The translations under genes were made by a program, and so were the position numbers. From positions 52,038 through 116,037 of IMG/VR virus record IMGVR_UViG_3300006127_001273: 64,000 nt of DNA. One strand, given 5' to 3'. Of the stretch, positions 9,222 through 17,539 are shown piece by piece. The notes beneath the pieces were generated by a model. That model ran no database searches. It saw nothing but the letters and a program-made list of their open reading frames with translations, and was not told where the DNA came from. Positions within the stretch are counted from its first letter, which is position 1. Each line of letters starts with the position of its first letter. The stretch comes from a virus (taxonomy: Duplodnaviria > Caudoviricetes).

Positions 9222-9599
9222 ATGAGTCAACAAGAAACTAATATGATTTGGGTAACGTTTAGAAAGGAGGGCATCCATGCATACCCTGCTGCACTAACCG
9301 AACCTGCACTCGAGGATGTTAAATTTTTAGGACATCCTCATAGACATATGTTTCATTTTAAAGTTTGGATTCAAGTATATCACGATGACAGAGATATCGA
9401 ATTCATTCTATTTAAACGCGAGCTCGAAGGGTTATATAACAACTCTGTACTTGAGCTTAACAACAAATCTTGCGAAATGATTGCTCGTGATTTATACGAA
9501 GAAATCCATCGCAGATATCCAGGCCGCGAGGTTTGTATCGATGTAAGTGAAGATGGCGAAAACGGCTGCTTCATTAAATTTCCTTTCACTATATTTTAA
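9222..9599 (+). CDS. QueD/PTPS-fold paralog, DpdL-type (putative 7-carboxy-7-deazaguanine decarboxylase)
   Basis: T-fold motifs EGIH, LGHPHRHMF (LxxxHRHxF instead of QueD CxxxHGH), RDIEF, SCEMIA, VSEDGENG. Confidence 0.7.
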   Translation: MSQQETNMIWVTFRKEGIHAYPAALTEPALEDVKFLGHPHRHMFHFKVWIQVYHDDRDIEFILFKRELEGLYNNSVLELNNKSCEMIARDLYEEIHRRYPGREVCIDVSEDGENGCFIKFPFTIF

Positions 9600-9613
9600 G
9601 AGATAATAATAAA

Positions 9614-9886
9614 ATGGCTAACAACGAGAGATATTCAAACAAGCAATCTAAGCAAACTTATTTTGAACGTCGACCCGATATTGTTAAGATCTTTGATGAT
9701 CTTGAAGCATACCTTAATTTTTGCCGCATTGAACTGTTGCCATACAATCCGGCAGACTTGTATAATAAACACGCAAAAACTTGGCAGATTTACGAGCGCG
9801 AAGTAAAGGGTCATAAGCGTCCATGGAATAACGACCGCCGTAATCAAAAGCAAGGTGCAAGAGTTAATAAGCCAAGGTCACACTGA
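9614..9886 (+). CDS. Hypothetical protein
   Basis: 90 aa, basic C-terminus, TGATG coupling to the glycosyltransferase gene. Confidence 0.65.
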   Translation: MANNERYSNKQSKQTYFERRPDIVKIFDDLEAYLNFCRIELLPYNPADLYNKHAKTWQIYEREVKGHKRPWNNDRRNQKQGARVNKPRSH

Positions 9887-10971
9887 TGACTATCTTTCTA
9901 GTTGACTTAGAGGCGGTTTCGACACGATACACAGAACAATGGAAGGCCTATGTACCGCTTCTGCTACAAGAACAAGGACATAAAGTACATGTTATTTCAG
10001 GCCCTACTGATATCCCAAATGATACTACTCCTGGTGCTTTTCTCAATTTTGCTGGCACCAATATCTATAAGGCTGCACAAGTTGAGGCTATGGCTAGATT
10101 GTTCTCCGAAGGCAAGGTGGTTGCTGGCGATCATTTTATTTTCACAGATGCTTGGCATCCTGGCGTTATCAACTTAAAGTACATGAGTGAATTGTTACAA
10201 ATTCCTGTAACAATTCACGCACTGTGGCATGCTGGTAGTTATGATCCGCAAGACTTTTTAGGTAGACTCATTGGTGATGAACCGTGGGTACGTCACGCTG
10301 AACAAAGTTTCTTCCACGCGATCGATCATAATTACTTTGCTACAGATTTTCATATAGACATGTTCTTTGAGAACTTATTAGGTGTTAATTTCAATCCCGG
10401 ATTTAATGTTGCAAATAAAGTAGTACGCACTGGCTGGCCGATGGAATATATGGAATCTACATTAGATCCGTTTAAGAATATGGCTAAACGAGATTTAATT
10501 TTATTTCCGCATCGAATTGCTCCAGAAAAGCAAGTAGAGATTTTTAAAGACCTCGAAAAAAGTTTGCCGCAATACGAGTTTGTTGTTTGCCAAGAAAATA
10601 AATTAACAAAAGATCAATACCACACATTGCTAGGTGAATCAAAAATGGTCTTTAGTGCTAATTTACAAGAAACCCTCGGCATTAGCATGTATGAAGGTGC
10701 GATTGTAAATTCAATTCCATTAGTGCCGGATAGATTAAGTTATTCCGAAATGTACATCGACGAATTTAAGTATCCTAGCGAATGGACGCTATCGTGGGAT
10801 CATTATATTGCCAACAAAGATAAAGTTTGTCAGCATATTACAGATCTTATGACAGATTATGATTCTATCACTAGTAAGATAGAACAACAAAAAGAGGTCC
10901 TGCGAGATAAGTTTTTCTCAGCAGGTGTATTAATCGAGCATATTAAATGGCCACAACAGCTACTACAATAA
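9886..10971 (+). CDS. GT-B (GT4-like) glycosyltransferase, GTDC1/DUF3524-like
   Basis: EX7E motif ETLGISMYE; FPHRIAPEK; PLVPDRLSYSEMY. Confidence 0.8.
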   Translation: MTIFLVDLEAVSTRYTEQWKAYVPLLLQEQGHKVHVISGPTDIPNDTTPGAFLNFAGTNIYKAAQVEAMARLFSEGKVVAGDHFIFTDAWHPGVINLKYMSELLQIPVTIHALWHAGSYDPQDFLGRLIGDEPWVRHAEQSFFHAIDHNYFATDFHIDMFFENLLGVNFNPGFNVANKVVRTGWPMEYMESTLDPFKNMAKRDLILFPHRIAPEKQVEIFKDLEKSLPQYEFVVCQENKLTKDQYHTLLGESKMVFSANLQETLGISMYEGAIVNSIPLVPDRLSYSEMYIDEFKYPSEWTLSWDHYIANKDKVCQHITDLMTDYDSITSKIEQQKEVLRDKFFSAGVLIEHIKWPQQLLQ

Positions 10972-11363
10972 ATTTACCGCATCCGTATACAATTACAAAT
11001 GGTACATCAGGGGCAACATTAACATCTAATCTTGGAGTAAATGGTGCTAGTGTTAGTTGGACTACTCCTAACACTAATTTTATTAATGGTACAGGTAAAA
11101 CAGTAATGACAATTCCTCACGGTGGAGACGAAATTATTGTAGAGCCGAATGCAGCATTAGTTGTAAAAGGGTCAGTTAAAATAAACGGAGTAGATTTGGA
11201 AGAAAGATTAGAAAGAATTGAAACACTCTTACATATTCCAACCCGTGATACAGCAATGGAAAATGAATTTCCTAAGTTAAAGAAACTGTGGGAAGAATAT
11301 AATCAAGAATTAGAAAAATATAAAACTTGGAAAAGGCTAAACAATGGACAAGAGAAGAATTAA
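10947..11363 (+). CDS. Hypothetical protein
   Basis: 138 aa; Thr-rich N-terminus, coiled-coil C-terminus (LEERLERIE); overlaps both neighbours. Confidence 0.65.
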   Translation: MATTATTINLPHPYTITNGTSGATLTSNLGVNGASVSWTTPNTNFINGTGKTVMTIPHGGDEIIVEPNAALVVKGSVKINGVDLEERLERIETLLHIPTRDTAMENEFPKLKKLWEEYNQELEKYKTWKRLNNGQEKN

Positions 11364-11871
11364 GCATAAAGAATTTAAGAAACTAGTACAAGACATCTGC
11401 AATCAAATCGAAAAGAGCAATTGGAAGCCTGACTATATTGTAGGTATTACACGAGGTGGATTAATGCCTGCGTTGTATATTAGTCATTATCTCAAGGTTC
11501 CTATGAATACTTTAAAGATTAATCTTAGAGACCATACAGAAAACGATTGTGAAACTAATTGCTGGATGGCCGACGATGCATATGGATATAATGGAGATAT
11601 TGATCAGCAAGTTTGCAAAAATATTCTAGTAGTAGACGACATTAATGATACCGGTGCAACACTTAATTGGTTAATGGCTGATTGGCAGTCTAGTTGTTTG
11701 CCCAACGACGCACGATGGGATCATGTGTGGAATCAAAATGTAAAATTTGCAGTACTAGTCGATAATTTATCGAGTGATTGCAAAGTAAAAATGGACTTTT
11801 GCGGAATGGAAATTAACAAAGCCGAACAGGACGTTTGGATTGATTTTCCATATGAATCATGGTGGAAATAA
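11344..11871 (+). CDS. Type I phosphoribosyltransferase (xanthine/guanine PRT-like)
   Basis: IVGITRGGLMPA, PRPP-binding loop ILVVDDINDTGAT, C-terminal WIDFPYE. Confidence 0.85.
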   Translation: MDKRRIKHKEFKKLVQDICNQIEKSNWKPDYIVGITRGGLMPALYISHYLKVPMNTLKINLRDHTENDCETNCWMADDAYGYNGDIDQQVCKNILVVDDINDTGATLNWLMADWQSSCLPNDARWDHVWNQNVKFAVLVDNLSSDCKVKMDFCGMEINKAEQDVWIDFPYESWWK

Positions 11872-12035
11872 TGACCGAATTAACTGCACAACAACTAAGA
11901 GAAAAGATTGAACAAGTTAAAAAGGATGTTGAGTTAGTAAGAAATTCTGCAGACTCGGGTCACAAGATTGATATTATGTATCAATACATCGAATATTTAG
12001 AAGACGAATTACAAATTGCAGAAAGTAAACGTTGA
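11871..12035 (+). CDS. Small hypothetical coiled-coil protein (54 aa, absent from ORF track)
   Basis: TAATG coupling with the PRTase stop; MTELTAQQLREKIEQVKKD...YIEYLEDELQIAESKR, TGA 12033-12035. Confidence 0.65.
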   Translation: MTELTAQQLREKIEQVKKDVELVRNSADSGHKIDIMYQYIEYLEDELQIAESKR

Positions 12036-12060
12036 CCTATTCTAAATAAGAATGTATATT
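12032..12060 (+). promoter_or_regulatory. Sigma70-type promoter with late-like motif in spacer
   Basis: TTGACC-N17-TATATT; CTAAATA at 12042-12048. Confidence 0.6.
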
Positions 12061-12104
12061 AATAAGAATATGGCAATCCACTGCCTTATCATCGGAGAAT
12101 AATA

Positions 12105-12794
12105 ATGGATAAAGAAAATAAGTTAATTAGCAATATAATTCGCCAACGTATTGTATTAGACAACAAGAGATTTCACTGCAATGATAACATTGCAGATTAC
12201 ATCAAAGAAGGCGAACTAGATTTGTTAGTAGATGAGGTTGCGGATAAATTCGAAGATGTCCTCGATTCATTAGTGATTGACATCGACCACGATCACAATA
12301 CACACGATACTGCAAGACGTGTTGCTAAAATGATGGTGCTTGAAACATTTAGTGGCAGATATCGTCCAGTTCCAAAAGTAACTGCATTTCCTAATATGGG
12401 ATATAAGAGCTTGTATACTACTGGTCCAATTTCAATTCGGTCAACTTGCGCACATCACTTCCAGAATATTGTAGGCAAGTGTTGGGTAGGTATTGTACCA
12501 GACGAAGAAGTAATTGGATTGAGTAAATTTAACAGACTTGTTCATCATATTTGCGAACGTCCTCAAATTCAAGAAGAAATGACTACACAAATTGCACAAG
12601 CATTACAGGAGTATGCAAAAACTCCGCATATTGCTGTTGTAGTAAAAGCAGAGCATCACTGCATGACAATGCGAGGAGTTAAGGAACACGAAAGTGATAT
12701 GACAACTGCAATTATGATGGGTGCATTTGAATCCGATGCTGCATTAAAGAAAGAATTTTATGATATTTGCTTGTCAATGAAAGGGCACAAATAA
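12105..12794 (+). CDS. folE: GTP cyclohydrolase I
   Basis: DTARRVAKM, STCAHH, IGLSKFNR, RPQIQE, HHCMTMRGV motifs; GGAG RBS. Confidence 0.95.
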   Translation: MDKENKLISNIIRQRIVLDNKRFHCNDNIADYIKEGELDLLVDEVADKFEDVLDSLVIDIDHDHNTHDTARRVAKMMVLETFSGRYRPVPKVTAFPNMGYKSLYTTGPISIRSTCAHHFQNIVGKCWVGIVPDEEVIGLSKFNRLVHHICERPQIQEEMTTQIAQALQEYAKTPHIAVVVKAEHHCMTMRGVKEHESDMTTAIMMGAFESDAALKKEFYDICLSMKGHK

Positions 12795-13867
12795 TGAAGA
12801 TTTCTAAAATTCCAGGATTAGGTCGATTTGGAATTTTTATCGACGATCTCGATTTTAACCATTTATCGGATGAAGAATGGTTATACATTGGAGATTTACA
12901 TCTCAACAATCTTGTAACTATTATCCGTAACTGCAATCTAAAATGGCAAGATCAGATAGAATGGTGTACAAAATGGGGTGATACTCGATACGGTATAAGA
13001 TACTTAATTCTTAAAAAATATACTGGGTTAACTTGGTCAGAATGTGTTCAAGCAGCACTTAACGACGATCCCAAAATAGATGCAATCGATCGGATTAGAT
13101 TAAAAGCAATTGCTAATATGCAAGAGTTAGATCATGATACCGGAAAACACATTATGCGGATCACTGGAAAAAAAGATAAGGATGGGAATCCGTTAGGAAT
13201 GTTTTCCGAAGGAGAACTCTTATGGCATTCAAATGAGAGTGGAACATTAACATTTACACCAGGAGTAGCATTATTAGCATCTGAGAACGTTATCGGATCG
13301 TCAACCGGATTTCTTACTACAACCGATTATTATGAATCTGTTAGTGAAAGTTTTCGTTCTGAACTCGACGAAATGATTCTTATACATCGTTTTACTCCCG
13401 GAAAAATTAATCCGGGATTAAGAGCCGATCAAGATGAAGTCATGCATGGAAATATGTGTCCAGTAGACGATGTCGAAATTCCAATGGTCATTCAAAGTCC
13501 TGGCGGGATTAACGGATTACATTATTCCATTAATACTGTTTGGTCAATCAAAGGCATGAGTAAAGAAGATTCTGACAAAGTATTTGCAGAGATAGACAAA
13601 AATTTATTTGTTGAAAAATACATATACGATCATTGGTATCAATCTGATAATGATTTTTTGCTGTTTGATAATAGTATTACATTACACCGAAGATTAGGTG
13701 ATATTAAGAATAGATTATGTTACCGTGTACAACATGATTATAGTAATCTGCAAAAATCAGCATGGCAACCTTATTATCAACCAGAAATTGCTAAAAGATA
13801 TAAAGACGAAATTGCTTATTATATCGATTTAGCGGATATTAAAAATTTTAAACTGCCGGATGAATAA
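12794..13867 (+). CDS. TauD/TfdA-family 2OG-Fe(II) dioxygenase-like protein
   Basis: TAATG coupling with folE (ORF track starts 12767); LLWHSNE, GSSTGF, HWYQ..NDFLLFDNSITLHRR. Confidence 0.7.
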   Translation: MKISKIPGLGRFGIFIDDLDFNHLSDEEWLYIGDLHLNNLVTIIRNCNLKWQDQIEWCTKWGDTRYGIRYLILKKYTGLTWSECVQAALNDDPKIDAIDRIRLKAIANMQELDHDTGKHIMRITGKKDKDGNPLGMFSEGELLWHSNESGTLTFTPGVALLASENVIGSSTGFLTTTDYYESVSESFRSELDEMILIHRFTPGKINPGLRADQDEVMHGNMCPVDDVEIPMVIQSPGGINGLHYSINTVWSIKGMSKEDSDKVFAEIDKNLFVEKYIYDHWYQSDNDFLLFDNSITLHRRLGDIKNRLCYRVQHDYSNLQKSAWQPYYQPEIAKRYKDEIAYYIDLADIKNFKLPDE

Positions 13868-14450
13868 ACTGTATTTTGGATTATTACCGTCGGGTACAAT
13901 TTCAGATGCATTTATAATAGGAGTTGCAGGGTTTGATAATACATTCGTCAAACCTTGTATTCCAGAATTAACATCTAACGGAACATTAGTGTATAGGAGC
14001 CACGAGGATTATGTAATAGATTTTAGTTATCCGTTCAATCCATTAATGTTTCGTTCAATCGATTGGGCAACAAAGATTGATCAATTAACAACATTTTTAG
14101 ATAATACAAATAAAAATATTTGGATCGGATCCACTCGCCCAGAGCAATTAGACATCATTAAATCATCATTGGGCGAACGATCGGTAACTGTTTCAATTAA
14201 CTATGACGAATCATTATATCAAACAGTTCTTAAAAACTATCAATCTTTCATTACCGAACAACCAATGAATTTAGATACATCCTTATTGCCAAGATCAAAA
14301 AGTCACAAGGCTGATTACACTTTGGACTTACGCGATCTATATAACCAATCTAAATTTATCAATCACTTATTGAATATCAACATCAACATCAACGATGAAA
14401 AAATGCAATACTACAATTCATGGTTGACTTTACAACAAAATAGTATATAA
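13860..14450 (+). CDS. Hypothetical protein
   Basis: 196 aa ORF overlapping the dioxygenase stop. Confidence 0.65.
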   Translation: MNKLYFGLLPSGTISDAFIIGVAGFDNTFVKPCIPELTSNGTLVYRSHEDYVIDFSYPFNPLMFRSIDWATKIDQLTTFLDNTNKNIWIGSTRPEQLDIIKSSLGERSVTVSINYDESLYQTVLKNYQSFITEQPMNLDTSLLPRSKSHKADYTLDLRDLYNQSKFINHLLNINININDEKMQYYNSWLTLQQNSI

Positions 14451-14451
14451 T
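14424..14451 (+). promoter_or_regulatory. Sigma70-type promoter, probably giving a leaderless queE mRNA
   Basis: TTGACT-N16-TATAAT; ATG 5 nt after the -10 box; no Shine-Dalgarno. Confidence 0.55.
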
Positions 14452-14456
14452 AAATT

Positions 14457-15314
14457 ATGAATAAAATTAAAGTCTCAGAGATATTTTATAGTTTACAAGG
14501 AGAAGGACGCTTTATGGGTGTGCCTTCTGTTTTCATGAGAACATACGGTTGTAACTTTCAATGCCAAGGATTTGGGATGCCGAAGGGAGAACTAAGTCAA
14601 GAAGTCGAACCAATTGCGTATGATCATACAAATTATGCACCGTATACGTCATACGAAAATCTACCGCTAGTATCTACTGGATGCGATAGTTATGCAAGTT
14701 GGCATCCTGCATTTAAAAATCTTAGTCCGTTTGTAGAAGTAACCGAACTTGTTGAAAAGATGCTAAATCTTCTTCCATATAAAAAATGGGAAGATGAACA
14801 TCTTGTAATTACAGGCGGCGAACCGTTGTTAGGATGGCAACGGGCATATCCTAGTTTATTGTCGCATAGTAAAATGCACGGACTTAAAGATGTAACATTC
14901 GAAACAAATGGTACTCAACCGCTTAGTGAAGAATTTAAAATATTTTTACGCACTTGGAGATTGAGAGACTATACTAAAGAAATTACATTTAGTGTTAGCG
15001 CAAAGTTAAGTTGTTCGGGCGAACCTAGAGAAAAAGCAATCCGCCCGGAAGTAGTGTGTGATTATGAAACTGTCGGATTTACATATCTTAAGTTCGTAGT
15101 TGCTACAGAAGAAGATGTTGAAGAAGCAATCGAAACTGCGGACATTTATCGTGCAGAAGGTTTTACAGGACCTGTATATTTAATGCCAGTAGGCGGTGTT
15201 AATGAAGTCTACAATTTAAATGCAAAACGTGTAGCGGAACTTGCATTACAAAACGGATTACGATATAGTGACCGTTTACATTTACCGCTATTTGGAAATA
15301 GCTGGGGAACATAA
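14457..15314 (+). CDS. queE: 7-carboxy-7-deazaguanine synthase (radical SAM)
   Basis: EIFYSLQGEG, GVPSVFMR, GCNFQC...GCDS, VITGGEP, FETNGT, YLMP, RLHLPLFG. Confidence 0.92.
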   Translation: MNKIKVSEIFYSLQGEGRFMGVPSVFMRTYGCNFQCQGFGMPKGELSQEVEPIAYDHTNYAPYTSYENLPLVSTGCDSYASWHPAFKNLSPFVEVTELVEKMLNLLPYKKWEDEHLVITGGEPLLGWQRAYPSLLSHSKMHGLKDVTFETNGTQPLSEEFKIFLRTWRLRDYTKEITFSVSAKLSCSGEPREKAIRPEVVCDYETVGFTYLKFVVATEEDVEEAIETADIYRAEGFTGPVYLMPVGGVNEVYNLNAKRVAELALQNGLRYSDRLHLPLFGNSWGT

Positions 15315-15805
15315 TGGGAATAAAGAAATTTTTTAAAGATGTAACAGGTGTTACTGCTAGAGAAGAACAGCAGAAGAAAGATGAAGAAGAACGGCTTGCT
15401 TTAGTTCGAAAGGCTAATGCGGCTATGAAAAAAGAAAAAGCCGAAGCTCGAAAAAAGGCAAAGGACGAACAACTTCGTAAGGAAAAAGAAGCAGAAGCAC
15501 TACTTACTCCAAAGGAACTTGCAACTAAAAGAGGAGAACCATGGGTAGATGTTATCGGATTTAAAGTTAATCCCGATGATATACGATTCGGCTTTTTTGA
15601 AATTGACTGGAACGACCAATGGGTGTTAAAATTAAAGCAAGAAGGATATGGGGCAGATGGCGATCCGGATGACGAAATTATTGCTCGATGGTTCCGCGAT
15701 ATTCTGTTGTCTGCTGCTGTAGAAGAAGGTATCGATCCTGATTCTATACTAGCAGGATCGATAGACATTAGAAAAGCAGTTACAAAAGATTCAGAGGGTT
15801 CATGA
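15314..15805 (+). CDS. Hypothetical protein
   Basis: 163 aa; charged helix then GEPWVDV...GFFEIDWN domain. Confidence 0.7.
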   Translation: MGIKKFFKDVTGVTAREEQQKKDEEERLALVRKANAAMKKEKAEARKKAKDEQLRKEKEAEALLTPKELATKRGEPWVDVIGFKVNPDDIRFGFFEIDWNDQWVLKLKQEGYGADGDPDDEIIARWFRDILLSAAVEEGIDPDSILAGSIDIRKAVTKDSEGS

Positions 15806-16788
15806 CATTTATTATTGTTGATACAGCAAATACATTCTTTCGTTCAAGACATGTTGTGAGAGGTGATGGCGACATTAAAGTCGGCATGGCCCTTCATATT
15901 ATGTTTAACAGCATTAAAAAAGCATGGAATGATTTTGACGGAAAGCATGTGATTTTTTGCCTCGAAGGCCGCAGTTGGCGTAAGGATTTCTACGAACCAT
16001 ACAAACGTAATCGAGCAGAAGTTCGTGCAGCCATGTCTGAAAAAGAAGTTGAAGAAGACAAGCTATTTTGGGAAACGTTTGACGAATTTAAAAATTTTAT
16101 CAATGACAAAACTAACTGTACTGTTTTAAGACATCCGAATCTTGAAGCAGACGATCTAATTGCAGGATTTATTCAAAGTCATCCAGAATCTGATCATGTT
16201 ATTATCAGTAGCGATTCAGACTTCTATCAATTGCTTGCATCTAATGTAAAGCAATACAATGGCATTACTGAAGAATTGCATACAATCGAAGGCATCTTTG
16301 ATAAAAAAGGCAAACCAGTTATTGATAAAAAGACAAAGGAACCAAAGACTACGCCAAATCCAGAATGGTTGCTTTTTGAAAAGTGTATTCGAGGTGATAC
16401 TAGTGACAACATTTTTAGTGCATATCCGGGTGTACGAACCAACGGTACTAAAAATAAAATCGGACTACTAGAAGCATTTGACGATCGTAATGGTAAAGGT
16501 TTTGCATGGAACAATCTCATGCTACAACGATGGACTGATCATAATGGCGTAGAACATCGAGTTAAAGACGATTATGATAGAAATCGTGTGCTAATCGATC
16601 TTAATCATCAACCAGATAATATTCGTCAAATCATTACTGAAACAATTAATGAAAACTGCAAGCCGAAAGAAGTAACACAAGTCGGTATTCGTATGTTAAA
16701 ATTCTGTAGTTCATTTGATATGCAGAAGATTGCAGAAAGTATCCAACATTACGCAGAACCATTCCAAGCAAAATATCCACAGGTGTAA
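15802..16788 (+). CDS. rnh: T4 RNase H-like 5'-3' exonuclease / flap endonuclease
   Basis: IIVDTAN, WRKDFY..YKRNR, EADDLIA, SSDSDFYQL, GDTSDNI. Confidence 0.9.
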   Translation: MTFIIVDTANTFFRSRHVVRGDGDIKVGMALHIMFNSIKKAWNDFDGKHVIFCLEGRSWRKDFYEPYKRNRAEVRAAMSEKEVEEDKLFWETFDEFKNFINDKTNCTVLRHPNLEADDLIAGFIQSHPESDHVIISSDSDFYQLLASNVKQYNGITEELHTIEGIFDKKGKPVIDKKTKEPKTTPNPEWLLFEKCIRGDTSDNIFSAYPGVRTNGTKNKIGLLEAFDDRNGKGFAWNNLMLQRWTDHNGVEHRVKDDYDRNRVLIDLNHQPDNIRQIITETINENCKPKEVTQVGIRMLKFCSSFDMQKIAESIQHYAEPFQAKYPQV

Positions 16789-16789
16789 G

Positions 16790-17269
16790 ATGACAGAGAT
16801 TCATGCAAAACCAGTAATCGAAGGTAAGTACTGGATTGTAGAACAAGACGGTGCAAAAATTGCAACCCTTCAAAAGAAAGAAAATAATAAGTTTGTGTTG
16901 AGCAGCCATACTGGAGACGTGATGTTTAATAAAAAAGAAGACATTACTAAACAATTCGGTAATGATTTTTTCTTGCATAGTCCAAAAGTAAAAGTTACAA
17001 AAGCTGCTCCAAAAGAAGTTCACGGTTATCCTACTTCTTGCAAACCACATAATCCAATGTACGATATTAAACGAAAACTACCGTTGTTCACTAAAAGTGA
17101 TCAAAGTAAAAGCCTTTATTGTGCAGGATATTATGTAATTAAGTTTGACAAAGGTTGGGTTAAAAGTTTTTGTCCAAAGGTAATTACAATCGAGAGATAT
17201 CCTTACAAAGGTCCATTTAAGACCGAAAATGAAATGAAGACGGTGTTAACAAATGCAAAATCAGATTAA
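16790..17269 (+). CDS. Hypothetical protein
   Basis: ATG 16790 just after the rnh stop (ORF track starts 16715); PLFTKS..SKSLYCAGYY.I motif. Confidence 0.7.
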   Translation: MTEIHAKPVIEGKYWIVEQDGAKIATLQKKENNKFVLSSHTGDVMFNKKEDITKQFGNDFFLHSPKVKVTKAAPKEVHGYPTSCKPHNPMYDIKRKLPLFTKSDQSKSLYCAGYYVIKFDKGWVKSFCPKVITIERYPYKGPFKTENEMKTVLTNAKSD

Positions 17270-17501
17270 TCTAACTCCAATTACACAGTTTATACAACAG
17301 GTAAGAGCTGCTGAATTAAGCCAAGCAAAAGAAATAAAATTAAGCATTCAGCAAGCTAGATTATTAACACTTGCATTAACCGAAATTATGGACAAGATGA
17401 TTCAAGATTATGAAAGCATGTTTAATGATCTTAAGAAGCATGTCGAAACCGATGCCGAAGTTGTATCCGTATCAATGGATGGCGGCTCATTTGAAGACTA
17501 A
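17253..17501 (+). CDS. Hypothetical protein
   Basis: 82 aa helical ORF ending MDGGSFED. Confidence 0.65.
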   Translation: MQNQINLTPITQFIQQVRAAELSQAKEIKLSIQQARLLTLALTEIMDKMIQDYESMFNDLKKHVETDAEVVSVSMDGGSFED

Positions 17502-17507
17502 AAATAT

Positions 17508-17515
17508 GATAAATA
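17508..17515 (+). promoter_or_regulatory. Putative late promoter (T4 TATAAATA-like)
   Basis: Intergenic GATAAATA ~25 nt before ATG 17540; same motif precedes structural genes. Confidence 0.5.
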
Positions 17516-17539
17516 TATACGTAGTTAATCGGAGGTCCT

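Noticed and set aside
14457-15314. NrdG ribonucleotide reductase activase
   Set aside because: SLQGEG, ETNG and RLH motifs and the folE context indicate QueE; no nrdD nearby.
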